A stretch of DNA of 64,000 nucleotides, from the NCBI GenBank assembly GCA_963762145.1, contig CAVXJS010000011.1:736001-800000 (forward strand). The letters run 5' to 3'. This stretch comes from an uncultured Candidatus Rokubacteria bacterium (GTDB lineage: Bacteria; Methylomirabilota; Methylomirabilia; Rokubacteriales; CSP1-6). The notes below the pieces were generated by a model that was not told the origin of the DNA, ran no database searches, and saw nothing but the letters and a program-made list of their open reading frames with translations. Both the position numbers and the translations under genes were made by a program. Shown piece after piece: positions 53,204 through 64,000 of this stretch (positions within the stretch are counted from its first letter, which is position 1; each line of letters opens with the position of its first letter).

Positions 53204-54605
53204 GCGACGCGCTCCTGCGGACGCCCTTTCCCGAGCGGGCCGGCGCGGCGCTCAAGGACACGTTCCTGCAGGAAGCGCTCAAGATCGCCACCACCAAGTT
53301 CATCGATCTCCGCAAGGAGTCGTTCGCGGGCTTCCCGCAGGGCGAGGCCCTGCGGGACCGGGCGCGCGCGATCAAGGAGGCCACCCTCCAGCACCTCGAC
53401 GTGCACCTGGAGCGGCTCGCGGACAACGTCGAGCGGCTCGGCGGGCACGTGCACTGGGCCACCACCGCCGAGGAGGCGCGCGAGATGGTCCTGCGCCTTT
53501 GCCGCGACCGGGGCGTGCGGATGGCGGTGAAGTCGAAGTCCATGGCCACCGAGGAGATCGACCTCAACGAGGCGCTCGAGCACGCCGGGGTCACGCCGGT
53601 CGAGACCGACCTGGGCGAGTACATCATCCAGCTCGCGCACGAGAAGCCGTCGCACATCATCGCCCCCGCCATCCACAAGACCAAGGGGCAGGTGGCGGAG
53701 CTCTTCTCGCGGGAGCTGAAGGGCCGATTCGAGGCGGATCCCGAGGTCCTCACCGCGGTGGCGCGGAAGGCGCTGCGCGAGAAGTTCCTCCAGGCCGACA
53801 TGGGGATCACCGGCGCCAACTTCGCGGTGGCCGACACCGGGACCGTGGTACTCGTCACCAACGAGGGCAATGGCCGGATGGTGACCTCGCTGCCCCGCAT
53901 CCACGTGGCCCTCATGGGCGTGGAGAAGGTGATCCCGTCCATGACCGACCTCGTGGTGTTCCTGGCGATCCTGGCCCGGAGCGCGACGGGACAGAAGCTG
54001 TCCTCCTACACGACGCTGGTGCGCGGGCCGCGGCGGGCGGGGGAGCTGGAGGGGCCGGAGGAGTTCCACCTGATCCTCCTGGACAACGGCCGCTCGCGGC
54101 AGATCGCCTCCACGCTGCGGGAGGCGCTCTACTGCCTCCGGTGCGGCGCCTGCCTGAACGTGTGTCCGGTCTATCGCCAGATCGGCGGGCACGCCTACGG
54201 CTACACGTATCCGGGGCCCATCGGGATCCTCCTCACCGCGATGCTCAAGGGCAACGAGTCCGTGCGCGAGCTGGCGCACGCCTCGTCCCTCTGCGGGGCG
54301 TGCAAGGACGTGTGCCCGGTGCGGATCGACATCCCGCGCATGCTGGTCGAGCTGCGCGAGCACCTCGACCGGGAGAAGATCGCCCCGTGGACCGAGCGGG
54401 TCGTGTTCAAGGCCTCCGGCGGCTGCTCCTGTCGCCGACCGCGTTCCGGCTCTCCGCCACCGTCGGGCGATGGGGCCAGCGGCCGTTCCTCCGGCATGGC
54501 CGGCTGCGCGGGCTGCCGCTGGTCTTCGGCAAGTGGACGGAGACCCGCGATCTCCCGCCGGTGGCGGCCCGGACTTTCGGGAGCGGTGGAAGGAGCCTGC
54601 GATGA
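53200..54605 (+). CDS. lutB: Lactate utilization protein B (Fe-S); frameshifts in the C-terminal region
   Basis: KSKSMATEE, ETDLGEY, TNEGN, CLRCGACLNVCP, SLCGACKDVCP. Confidence 0.92.
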
Positions 54606-55339
54606 CCGCGCGCGCCGAGTTCATCGAGCGCGATCCGCCGCGAGGTCTCGAAGACCCCGGGCCTCTTCGGCGCGTCCACCGCGCCGCGCCCCGCCGATCC
54701 CGGCGACCGCCGCGGAGACGGTGCGCCGCGAGCTGGCCGAGCGCTGGCCGGAGGCGCTCGAGCGGTTTCGCGTGGAGTTCGAGCGCGTCGCGGGGGTGTT
54801 CCATCGCGTCCCGGACCTCGAGGCGGTGCCCGCCGTGATCGGCGCCATCGCCCGCGGATGCGGGCGCGAGGAGCCTGGTCACGTGGGATCCCGTCGCGCT
54901 CGGCTTCGACGCCGGCGCCCGATCCTGACCCGCGAGGGCCTCGAGGTCGTGCGCGGCGCGCGCGGGCGAGGAGGACGAGGCGTCCCGTCTCCGCCACCGC
55001 GAGCAGGCCGCCCGCGCCCAGGTCGGGGTCACCGGGGCCGACTTCGTCCTCGGCGAGACCGGGACGCTCATCCTGCTGTCCGGCTCGGGCCGGCCCCGCT
55101 CGACCTCGCTGCTGCCCGACGTGCACGTGGCGGTGTTCGGCCGCGACCGGCTCCTCGAGACCCTGGAGCAGGTGGGCATCATGCTCGAGGCGCTCCACGT
55201 GGATCCCGATCACGCCATGTCGGGCGCGATGATCAACTTCATCACCGGGCCCTCGCGGACCGCGGACATCGAGCTGACCTTGACGCGCGGCGTGCACGGG
55301 CCCAAGGAAGTGCACGCGATCTTCGTGGAGGCCCCGTGA
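54602..55339 (+). CDS. lutC: Lactate utilization protein C (LUD domain); several frameshifts
   Basis: ETGTL, RSTSLLP, ITGPSRTADIE..GVHGP. Confidence 0.85.
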
Positions 55340-55756
55340 GCGAGCCGAAGCTCTTCACCCCGGACGAGGTCAATCGCCTGATCCCCCGGCTGACCGAGCT
55401 GATGGAGACCGCCATCGACCGCCACGGCCAGGCGCTGGCGCTGCAGGAGCGCCTCCGCGACGAACGCGCGCGGGTGTCGGCCTCCGGCGGCGAGCGGCGC
55501 GACGCGTTGGACTGGAAGGCGCGTGCGGAGCGCCTCGACGGCCTCGGCATCGAGGTGCGGCAGCTCTTGCAGGACGTCGCAGGCCATGGGGGGCGTGGTG
55601 AAGGATCTCGAGACGGGTCTGGTGGACTTCCCGGGCCGCGGGCCCGCGGGGCCGGGCGGGCCGATCGTGAATCTCTGCTGGAAGCTCGGGGAGGACGCGG
55701 TGCGATTCTGGCACGGGATGGACGAGGGCTTCGCCAACCGAAAGCCGCTGCCGTGA
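55336..55756 (+). CDS. DUF2203 family protein; frameshift near 55578
   Basis: FTPDEVN, VKDLETGLVDFP, LCWKLGE, WH, GFANR. Confidence 0.82.
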
Positions 55757-56498
55757 CCTACCAGGCCGTCCTCTTCGATCTCTTCGACACCCTGGTGCTC
55801 TTCCACCGCGAGCGCCTCCCGGAGGTCCAGGTCAACGGTAGGAGAATCCGGACGCACGGCCGGCCACCTGCACGCCGCGTTCCGGCCTTTCGCCCCGCAC
55901 GTGGAGCTGCCCGCGCTTCGTGGACGCGCTCTTCTGGAGCTGGCAGGAGGCCGAGCGTATTCGCGCAGAGGCCCATCGCGAGGTCACGGCCCCGGAGCGA
56001 TTCGGCATGCTGTTCGGGCGCCTCGAGCTCGAGCCGTCCGAGGAGGCGCGCGATCTGCTGCTCGCCACCCACATGCGCGAGCTGTCCAAGGTGGTCGAGT
56101 GCCCCGCGCACCACGCCCCGCTGCTCAAGGCGCTCCGCGAGCGGTACCGGCTCGCGGTGGTCTCGAACTTCGACTACTCGCCCACCTGTCTGGCGATCCT
56201 CGAGCGCGAGGGCATCGCCGACCTCTTCGAGACCATCGTGATCTCGGACGAGGTGGGCTGGCGCAAGCCCAAGCCAGTCATCTTCGAGACCGCGCTCGAC
56301 CGCATGAAGTCGCTTCGCCCGGCCGACGCCCTCTTCGTGGGGGATCGCGCCGACATCGACGTGGTGGGCGCGCGGGCGGTGGGTATGCGCACCGCCTGGA
56401 TCAACCGGGAGGCCGAACGCCTCCCCACCGACATTCAGCCGCCCGACTACGAGATCCGCGACCTGGCGGACCTCCGGGCGATTCTGCGAATCCCGTAG
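55753..56498 (+). CDS. HAD-superfamily hydrolase; frameshifts near 55850-55920
   Basis: FDLFDTL, VVSN, RKPKP, FVGD....D. Confidence 0.85.
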
Positions 56499-56543
56499 CC
56501 CGCTCCGCGCATCTCAAGGCGCGAGACGAAGGAGGAGGACGAC

Positions 56544-57485
<942 letters not shown>

Positions 57486-57898
57486 CCTCCGCTTCCGGGT
57501 GCTCCGGGCAGTCGCGACCTCGCGTAGGCCTGCTCCGTAGCGTCTCTTCGTGGCGGCTCGCTCGGAAAAGGCGGGCCCATTCGCCGGGTCGACGCCGCGG
57601 GCACCTAGCCCCTTGGGGGCGCTGGCCTAGCGGCGGATCTGGAGTGACCGGCCCAGCGAGAGGATGACGATGCTCTTCGTGATCCGGGCCCGGGCCGAGC
57701 TCGCAAGTCTCCCCGTCGTTGCTCGGAGACATGGCATCCTCACTCGGGCAAGGTCCGAATAGGGATCTATCTCATCGTCGCACAGGCTGCGGAGCTGCGG
57801 CAACGAGAGAAGTAGCGCGCGCGGCGATCGGAGGCGCCCCTCGGCCCGCTCGTGATTATTCCCGGCGGGTCACTGCGGACGATCGCCTACGATGAGGC

Positions 57899-59152
57899 AT
57901 GGAGGCCCACGAGAAGGTTTCGGAAGACCTGGCGTCTCGCACGGAACGGCCCGGAATTCCCCGGCACCTCGCGGTCCTGGCGTCGGCCGCCTTCGTCCTG
58001 AAGATCGCCATCGCGCTCTGCACCTACGGATCTACGGATGCCCTGATCTACGAGGCCGACCTGATGAAGATCAGGCAGGACGGGGCCGTCGCCCTGTACC
58101 GGGATGGCATCGTCACCGAGTGGTGCGGCCAGGCGGGCCAGCGGCCGTGTCCCCCGTTCATCCACCCCCCGTTCATCGTCCACGCCCTCGAAGGGTGGGG
58201 CGTTCTGGCGGACATCTCGGGCCTCCCGCTCCGGTTCTGGATCCGCTTCACCTGCGCGGTCGCGGACGCGGGCTGCCTCGTACTGCTCCTCCGCATGCTC
58301 ACGAGGACCCGGGATTGGCGGAGCCGGATCGCGCTCGCGCTGTTTGCCGTGTCCCCAATCTCGATTCTCGTCTCCGGGTTTCACGCCAACACCGACCCGA
58401 TCCTGATCTTTTTCGCCCTGGTCGCGATCTATCTCATCGAGAGCCGGCGGCCGGCCTGGGCCGCGGGGGCCGCCCTCGGGATGGCGATGAGCATCAAGAT
58501 CGTGCCTATCCTGCTCGTCCCGGCCGCCCTCCTCGCTGTCCCTGGGGCTCGGCGCCGGATCGACCTCCTCGCGGGCGCGGGGGCCGTGGTCCTAGCCGGC
58601 TCCCTGCCGGTGCTCGTCGCGGCGCCGGAGCTGGTCATCAGGAGCGTGGCGGGATACGGGAGCCAGTCCGGTCCGTGGGGCCTTTCGCTCCTGGCGTTGG
58701 CGTCTCTGCACAGTCCGCACCTCGCCTGGTTCCATGATCTGTACGCGAGATACGGCAAGATCCTGAGCGTCGGGCTCGTCCTGGTGGCCTCGTGGTGGCC
58801 ACGCCCGCGCTCCCTCCCGCATCCTTTGCTCATGCGGGCGGGCCTCCTCATGTTCCTGTTCCTTTCGTTGACCCCGGGATTCGGCGTTCAGTACCTGGCC
58901 TGGCTCGTTCCGTGGGTCGTGGCGCGCGGGGTCCGGCCCACCCTCATCTACTACCTCGCTGGCGGCGTGTTTCTTTGTGCCTACTACACTCACGCCGCTG
59001 GGGGAATTCCCTGGGATCTGACGGATACCCCTGGGCGCTTCGCCTGGACGCCCACCGTCCTCGGGCTGGGGCTGATCTGCTGGGTCGTGGTTTGTGCCAT
59101 CACTCTCGGGTACGTCCGGGCGCTACGGGCGAGGCCGGCCGAGGCTGGATGA
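57899..59152 (+). CDS. Multi-pass membrane glycosyltransferase (GT-C/GT87-like)
   Basis: N-terminal loop Asp, [24 protein letters not shown]; about 10 TM segments. Confidence 0.62.
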   Translation: MEAHEKVSEDLASRTERPGIPRHLAVLASAAFVLKIAIALCTYGSTDALIYEADLMKIRQDGAVALYRDGIVTEWCGQAGQRPCPPFIHPPFIVHALEGWGVLADISGLPLRFWIRFTCAVADAGCLVLLLRMLTRTRDWRSRIALALFAVSPISILVSGFHANTDPILIFFALVAIYLIESRRPAWAAGAALGMAMSIKIVPILLVPAALLAVPGARRRIDLLAGAGAVVLAGSLPVLVAAPELVIRSVAGYGSQSGPWGLSLLALASLHSPHLAWFHDLYARYGKILSVGLVLVASWWPRPRSLPHPLLMRAGLLMFLFLSLTPGFGVQYLAWLVPWVVARGVRPTLIYYLAGGVFLCAYYTHAAGGIPWDLTDTPGRFAWTPTVLGLGLICWVVVCAITLGYVRALRARPAEAG

Positions 59153-60861
59153 GTCACCCGGCCGGACTCACGGGAATCGCGGGGTCGGTCCGACCGGGGC
59201 GCGCCGAGGTAGGGCTGCAGCCGAACCGGCTGTCGGTCCGGCTCGATGAGCCAGACCTGGCGCCCGCGGTAGTGCTCGAGCAAGCGGGTGTTCTCGGCCT
59301 CGCCCATGTCCCGTGCCCAGATCACCGGAGCGCGGTCGATATCCGCCCGGTTATAGACCCACTCGATCTGGCGACCGGGATCGTAGTCCGGCCCGTAGCG
59401 GACGATGACCAGATGCTGGCCCGGGATCCGCTCGAGCTGGGCCAGGAGATGGGCGCGCTCGAGCCCACGCTCGCTAGGGGCGAGTCTCAACCACCACAGA
59501 CTTGTCTCGGTGAGAGGCAGCCCGAGCCCCGGGGCGAGCAGCCGGAGCGCGAGCGCGCCGGCATAGACCAACGGCAGCGTCCGGACAAGAAAGGCTCCGG
59601 CGGGACGACCGTGCCATCGCCACACCCGCAGGTGGCGGAGACCCTGGACGACCAGCGCAAGGGCTATCGCGGTCATGGGAGCGGCGTAGTGAGGTATGAA
59701 GAACACCTCCACCGCGAGCCCGACGAGGCCCACCGCGCCCGCCGCGATCAGGAAGCGCAGGCGCCGGTCCCGCAAGAGACGCGGGAACATGAGCAGGGGC
59801 AACATGAGCGCCGGCCCGAAGTAGAAACCGAGGAGCGCGATGGTGAAAGCCGTTTTGGTGACGACCAGGCCCCGGGCGGTCCCGGTCTCCGCCTCGTAGA
59901 AGTCTAGCTCGTAGCGCCGATAGAACTCCCGCATGACCGGGTGACGATGGATCGGCTCGGCCCGTGGCGACTGCCAGAGAAAGATCGGCGCGGTGGCGTA
60001 GGCTTCGCGCGCGACTTGATAGGGCATGCGGACCGGGCTGCCGGTCACGCACCAGAAGTAGTACGCCATCGCGGCCCCGGCCAGGATGAGTACGACCGAG
60101 ATGGGAAGGACGACTCGGAGGATTCCCTGTCCGATCGCGCCCCGCCGAGACGCGAGGAGCCCCGCGAGGATCGCGCCCGCGACCGGAAGACTGAGCACGA
60201 GACCTTCCCAGGGGCGGCTGTTGGCCAGCAGGACCAGTCCCAGCCCCATCAGCAGCGCGTGGCGGAAGCGGGAAGTCCGCTGGAGACGAGGCAAGGCTCC
60301 CAGGATCAACGCTCCTCCAGTCGCCGCCAGCGCGCCCCCCATGTAGCTGTTGATCCAGTACCCGGCGGTGGCGAAGCGCAGCACCGCCAGCATCCCTCCG
60401 AGCAGCGCCCAGCTCGGCGGGAGCCACCCCTGTAGCATCCAGCACACCGCCGCGCACATCACCGCGACCGAGAGCCACACGCCCAGCCAGGGATGTCCCA
60501 GCCACGCGCCGGCGGCGAGGACGAGCGCCTGGGCGGGTGGATACATGCCCATGTAGGTCGGACGGACGATGATGTGGATGCTCTCGAAGTGCATCCACCG
60601 CGCGGGTGACGGGTTGGTGAGTCTCCCCGCGGCAAAGGTGTCCGCGGCCAGCAGGTGGCTGAACTCGTCGTGGATGTCGGGCTCGGGAATCGGCATGAGG
60701 GGCAGAAGGGCGAGGCGCACGCCGAGGGCGGCTGCGCCGACGGTCAACACGGCCAGCGCCCTGCGTCGGGCCAGGCCGCGAAGCGCTCGTTCCGCGGCCT
60801 CGATCCCCGGCAAGCCGAGATCGGGCCTAACCCGCGCGACCAGCACGGCAAGCCCCAGCAA
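58990..60861 (-). CDS. Multi-pass membrane protein, GT-C/PMT-like (start uncertain)
   Basis: [16 protein letters not shown] first-loop DE motif, YPP, SRPWE; periplasmic C-terminus WVYNRADID. Confidence 0.7.
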   Translation of the reverse strand: MLGLAVLVARVRPDLGLPGIEAAERALRGLARRRALAVLTVGAAALGVRLALLPLMPIPEPDIHDEFSHLLAADTFAAGRLTNPSPARWMHFESIHIIVRPTYMGMYPPAQALVLAAGAWLGHPWLGVWLSVAVMCAAVCWMLQGWLPPSWALLGGMLAVLRFATAGYWINSYMGGALAATGGALILGALPRLQRTSRFRHALLMGLGLVLLANSRPWEGLVLSLPVAGAILAGLLASRRGAIGQGILRVVLPISVVLILAGAAMAYYFWCVTGSPVRMPYQVAREAYATAPIFLWQSPRAEPIHRHPVMREFYRRYELDFYEAETGTARGLVVTKTAFTIALLGFYFGPALMLPLLMFPRLLRDRRLRFLIAAGAVGLVGLAVEVFFIPHYAAPMTAIALALVVQGLRHLRVWRWHGRPAGAFLVRTLPLVYAGALALRLLAPGLGLPLTETSLWWLRLAPSERGLERAHLLAQLERIPGQHLVIVRYGPDYDPGRQIEWVYNRADIDRAPVIWARDMGEAENTRLLEHYRGRQVWLIEPDRQPVRLQPYLGAPRSDRPRDSRESGRVTHPASAGLARSARTYPRVMAQTTTQQISPSPRTVGVQAKRPGVSVRSQGIPPAA

Positions 60862-60918
60862 AGCTACCTCGAGCGCCCAGGCCGGCAGAAGTCCCTCCCG
60901 ATCGACGCGTCCGACCCG

Positions 60919-61185
60919 CTAGTGCGGGGCTTCCTCCGGCGCCTCCGTGGTGGCCCGTCGGATCACCTTCGTCAGCTCGTGCAGCTCTCGCAGGATGAGG
61001 CGCAGACGTTCGCAAACCACGATGAGCAGGAGGCCGATGCCCACGAGCATCACGAGACTCAATGGGTCCAGGGCGGGCCAGGATCTCTGGAGCGCGTAGA
61101 AGAAGCCGAGAATCACGAGGAGGGTTCCGGCGGCGAAGAGGAGCTCGACGAGCGGGTAGGTGCGCGTGGTCCGGCGTCTAGGCAT
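60919..61185 (-). CDS. Small 2-TM hypothetical protein
   Basis: Two hydrophobic helices and a coiled tail; GAGG upstream. Confidence 0.65.
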   Translation of the reverse strand: MPRRRTTRTYPLVELLFAAGTLLVILGFFYALQRSWPALDPLSLVMLVGIGLLLIVVCERLRLILRELHELTKVIRRATTEAPEEAPH

Positions 61186-61383
61186 TCAGCGCTCAGCCTC
61201 CGACCGAAGGACGATGACGAGGATTTTCCGCGACCTTCGCTGCGATCCCGACATTCTTCATCGCGATGTCCTCCTGAAGGGTGCGCGAGATTGGGACCTG
61301 GGACTCCTTGTATCACTTCGACGCTGGACTGAAGGGACGATTTGTTGCCCCGGAAAGCGACCGCATGCGATCATCACGTTGCG

Positions 61384-62052
61384 ATGCCGTGCTTTCTGGT
61401 GGTGCTGATGCTGCTGACCCTGGCGGGGTGTTCCGGGCAGGACCGGCCCCCAGCGCCCGTGGCCGTCGAGACGGTGGTGATGCCCCCGGCCGCGGCCGCG
61501 CCGAGCTGGCGCCCGGGAGATCGGTGGGTCTACGCCTGGACGAGCGGTAGCGAGAGCGGCGTCAAGACGGTTGAGACGATCGAGATCAGGGAGATCAATC
61601 GCGTCTCGTTCTATCTGGCCCGGGTCGGCGAGGCGGAGACGTTCTACACCCGCGACCTCCACTGGGCCGGGACCATGGCCGACGGCCGCGTGGAGAGCCG
61701 GATGACGCCTCCCCAGCCGTGGTTCTCCTGGCCGCTCGAGCCAGGACGTACCTGGGCTCACCAGGGCAGCTACGAGGACCGGAGCGGCAAGACCGAGTTC
61801 AACGATCAGTACTCGGTGGTTGCGGCCGAGGTGGTGGAGGTTCCGGCGGGGCGATTCAAGGCGTTCAAGATCGTGCGCCAGACCAATCGCCGCGACTCCG
61901 ACCAGTACTGGTATGTCCCGGAGGTCCGGTTCTACGTCAAATGGATCGGACGCCGTGGAGAGGCCCAGTTCGAGGAGCAGCTTCGCGAGTATCACCTGGC
62001 GCCTCGCCTCCTCCCCGAGCCGGGCTCCACGGCGCCGCCATCCACGAGGTAG
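61384..62052 (+). CDS. Hypothetical lipoprotein (beta-rich, with VEVPAGRF motif)
   Basis: LAGC lipobox, PGDRWVY, EVVEVPAGRFKAFKI, YWYVPEV. Confidence 0.75.
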   Translation: MPCFLVVLMLLTLAGCSGQDRPPAPVAVETVVMPPAAAAPSWRPGDRWVYAWTSGSESGVKTVETIEIREINRVSFYLARVGEAETFYTRDLHWAGTMADGRVESRMTPPQPWFSWPLEPGRTWAHQGSYEDRSGKTEFNDQYSVVAAEVVEVPAGRFKAFKIVRQTNRRDSDQYWYVPEVRFYVKWIGRRGEAQFEEQLREYHLAPRLLPEPGSTAPPSTR

Positions 62053-62066
62053 GGCACCGGCTCGCG

Positions 62067-62588
62067 GTGGTCGCCCGACCGGTCCCGCTTGTGTGCAGTG
62101 CGGGGCTGGCCCTCGGCTTCGCCCTGCTGGCCCTCCTGCGATTGGGGGTCGTCCCGCGGTGGTGGCAGCTTCTGCCGCTGCTCGCCGCGCTCGCGCTGGT
62201 TGTCGTCCTTGATCTGCGGATCCGCCTGATACCAGATGCCATCACTCTCCCGGGGCTGACGTACGCCCTGGGCCTGGCCGCGCTGACCGACCGGCATCCC
62301 ACCCTTCTCGAGGCCGCGGTCGGCACCGTGGTGGGCGGTGGCCTCGTGCTCCTGGTTGCCATCGTGAGCCGGGGCGGCATGGGTGGGGGAGACATCAAGT
62401 TGATGGCCATGCTGGGTGCGGCCCTCGGCTGGCGCGGCGCCCTCCTCGCGCTGGCCATGTCCCAGGTGGTGGGCGCGGCGATCGTCCTCGGCGTCCTCGT
62501 CGTACTTCGCCGGCGTCCGGCCCGACACGTACCGGTGGGAGCCCTCATCGCCTTCCTCGGGGCGCTCCTGCTGATCTATGGCGCTTGA
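62067..62588 (+). CDS. Prepilin peptidase (A24) without the methylase domain
   Basis: DLRIRLIPD and GMGGGDIKL catalytic Asp motifs; start uncertain. Confidence 0.8.
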   Translation: MVARPVPLVCSAGLALGFALLALLRLGVVPRWWQLLPLLAALALVVVLDLRIRLIPDAITLPGLTYALGLAALTDRHPTLLEAAVGTVVGGGLVLLVAIVSRGGMGGGDIKLMAMLGAALGWRGALLALAMSQVVGAAIVLGVLVVLRRRPARHVPVGALIAFLGALLLIYGA

Positions 62589-62617
62589 GCGGGCCCGGGT
62601 GGTAGGCGTGCCGGCCG

Positions 62618-64000
62618 TCATCGCCATCGTATGACTTCCAGTATGTTCGAGAAGTCGTCGGTCCAGAGCCTCCGGTCCGGCCTCGGCGGGAGGGCACGCC
62701 ACCGCTGATCGGCGCGAAGCGCCCCGAGATCCTCCGGGCGACGGGCCAACACGACCCAGTGCGACGGCGTCCTTCCATCCCGCGCATCTTCCTTGCTGAT
62801 CGCTGCTTCGAGTTGAGCCAGCGCTACGAGCTTCGCGTCGTGCGCGAGGTTCGCGACGGTGGGCTCCAGATCAAGGTGGCGGTTGGAGATGTGAAGGGCA
62901 AGCAACCCCGAATCCGCGAGCTTGTCGAGATAGAGTCGCAATGCCTCACGGGTCAGGAGGTGGCTCGGGATGGCGTCGGAGCTGAACGCGTCGAGAATGA
63001 TCAGACCGTAGTGCCGGTCCGGAGCGGCCACGAGGGAGCGTCGCGCGTCGCCCAGGATCACCCGGATCGCGGGCGGGCAGGCCTTCAGGTACGTGAAGTA
63101 ACGAGGGTCGCCCGCGATCCGCAGGACGGCCGGGTCGATCTCGTAGAACGTGAACTCCTGCCCCGGCCTGCCGTGGCAGGCCAGCGAGCCGGTCCCTAGG
63201 CCGATGATGCCCACCGGCCCTGCGCTCGTGGATCCTTCCATCGCCCTGAACACCTGGCCGATGGGTCCGGCGCGATGGAAGTAGGCGAGCGGCTCCAGCT
63301 CCCGTCCGGCCTCGAGGCTCTGTCTGCCGTGATCGGTGGTGCCGTTCACGAGCGCGGTGAACTGACCCGCGGGGTGGACCCGGACCTGCCAGACTCCGAA
63401 GAAGCTGCGCTCCCGGTACAGCGTCCGATACTCGCCGGAGCCGGTGAGCATGGCCATCGTCAGCATCAGGGTGCCGAGTCCGAAGCCAAAGGCGACGGGA
63501 CGGTGCCGGAGCGCAAAGCACAGGGCGGCCGGCAGCCCGCCGCTCAGCAACAGTCCTGGCAAACCGACAATCGGGAGCGTCTTGACGAGCCAGACGAGTC
63601 CGGTGAGGAGGGCACCAAGTGCGAGGGGCACCACGAATTCCCAGCCGCCCACCGGCTTCGCGCGCGTGGTTCCGTCCGTGGTCCGAAGGAAGCACGCCGC
63701 CACGAGGACGAGCGGGTACTCGATCGGATGATTGAACGCGAGCGGCGCGAGCAGGGCATTGAAGATCCCGCCGAGCACACCGCCGACGGCGATCCACAGA
63801 AAGAACTCGGTCAACCGATCGGCCGCGGGTCTGCTCCTCGCCAGCTCGCCATGACACACCATCGAGATCACGAAGAAGGTCAACAGGTGGAGGAGGGCGA
63901 GGACCCAGAGGGGTCCGATCGCTTTGAACGCGATCGTCAACGCGAGCGGCAGCATGAGGATCGGAAGCAGCCGGTGGATGCGCCGACCGGAGAGGCGCGC
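62618..64000 (-). CDS. Fused membrane / spermidine-synthase-like (class I SAM methyltransferase fold) protein, N-terminus outside the window
   Basis: IGLGTG, YEIDP, GDAR, DAFSSDAIP.HLLT.EA, WTDDFS; N-terminal TM helices. Confidence 0.85.
   Translation of the reverse strand, partial: ARLSGRRIHRLLPILMLPLALTIAFKAIGPLWVLALLHLLTFFVISMVCHGELARSRPAADRLTEFFLWIAVGGVLGGIFNALLAPLAFNHPIEYPLVLVAACFLRTTDGTTRAKPVGGWEFVVPLALGALLTGLVWLVKTLPIVGLPGLLLSGGLPAALCFALRHRPVAFGFGLGTLMLTMAMLTGSGEYRTLYRERSFFGVWQVRVHPAGQFTALVNGTTDHGRQSLEAGRELEPLAYFHRAGPIGQVFRAMEGSTSAGPVGIIGLGTGSLACHGRPGQEFTFYEIDPAVLRIAGDPRYFTYLKACPPAIRVILGDARRSLVAAPDRHYGLIILDAFSSDAIPSHLLTREALRLYLDKLADSGLLALHISNRHLDLEPTVANLAHDAKLVALAQLEAAISKEDARDGRTPSHWVVLARRPEDLGALRADQRWRALPPRPDRRLWTDDFSNILEVIRWR

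Noticed and set aside
52462-56241. Apparent 1259-aa fusion of LutA/LutB/LutC/DUF2203/HAD
   Set aside because: Artefact of frameshifts plus a stop-poor frame; individual genes have their own starts and stops.

Overview
Very GC-rich bacterial chromosome segment, mostly core metabolism. Gene content and style resemble Candidatus Rokubacteria/Methylomirabilota, but this is inference only. From left to right: (1) hemC'-hemD-hemB-[cymR-like Rrf2, cysK, MoaD/CysO-like sulfur carrier, JAB/Mec protease]-hemL. (2) An alternative complex III-like operon actBCDEF with no actA. (3) moeA, yeeE/yedE, cpoB-like. (4) dprA-topA-xerC-hslVU-argBDFG-comB-pgsA-plsY-gpsA-galT. (5) tRNA-Gly/Cys/Leu. (6) yjbQ, radical SAM, Rieske, moaA, Cld/ChdC-like. 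(7) gltBD with a divergent LysR regulator, an M24 peptidase and korAB-type oxidoreductase genes. (8) glcDEF-cupin-lutABC-DUF2203-HAD-trxB. (9) A compositionally different membrane/surface-modification region at the right end. Many genes carry single-base frameshifts that cluster spatially and most likely reflect long-read assembly error. The most notable observations are a sulfur-relay cassette inside the heme operon, whose ubiquitin-like carrier has a doubled, synonymously diverged PALAGG C-terminus next to a JAB protease; an ActA-less ACIII whose ActB keeps a full FS0 motif; a REP-like repeat family with long hairpins; and repeated signs of leaderless transcripts. No CRISPR array, transposase or prophage was seen.
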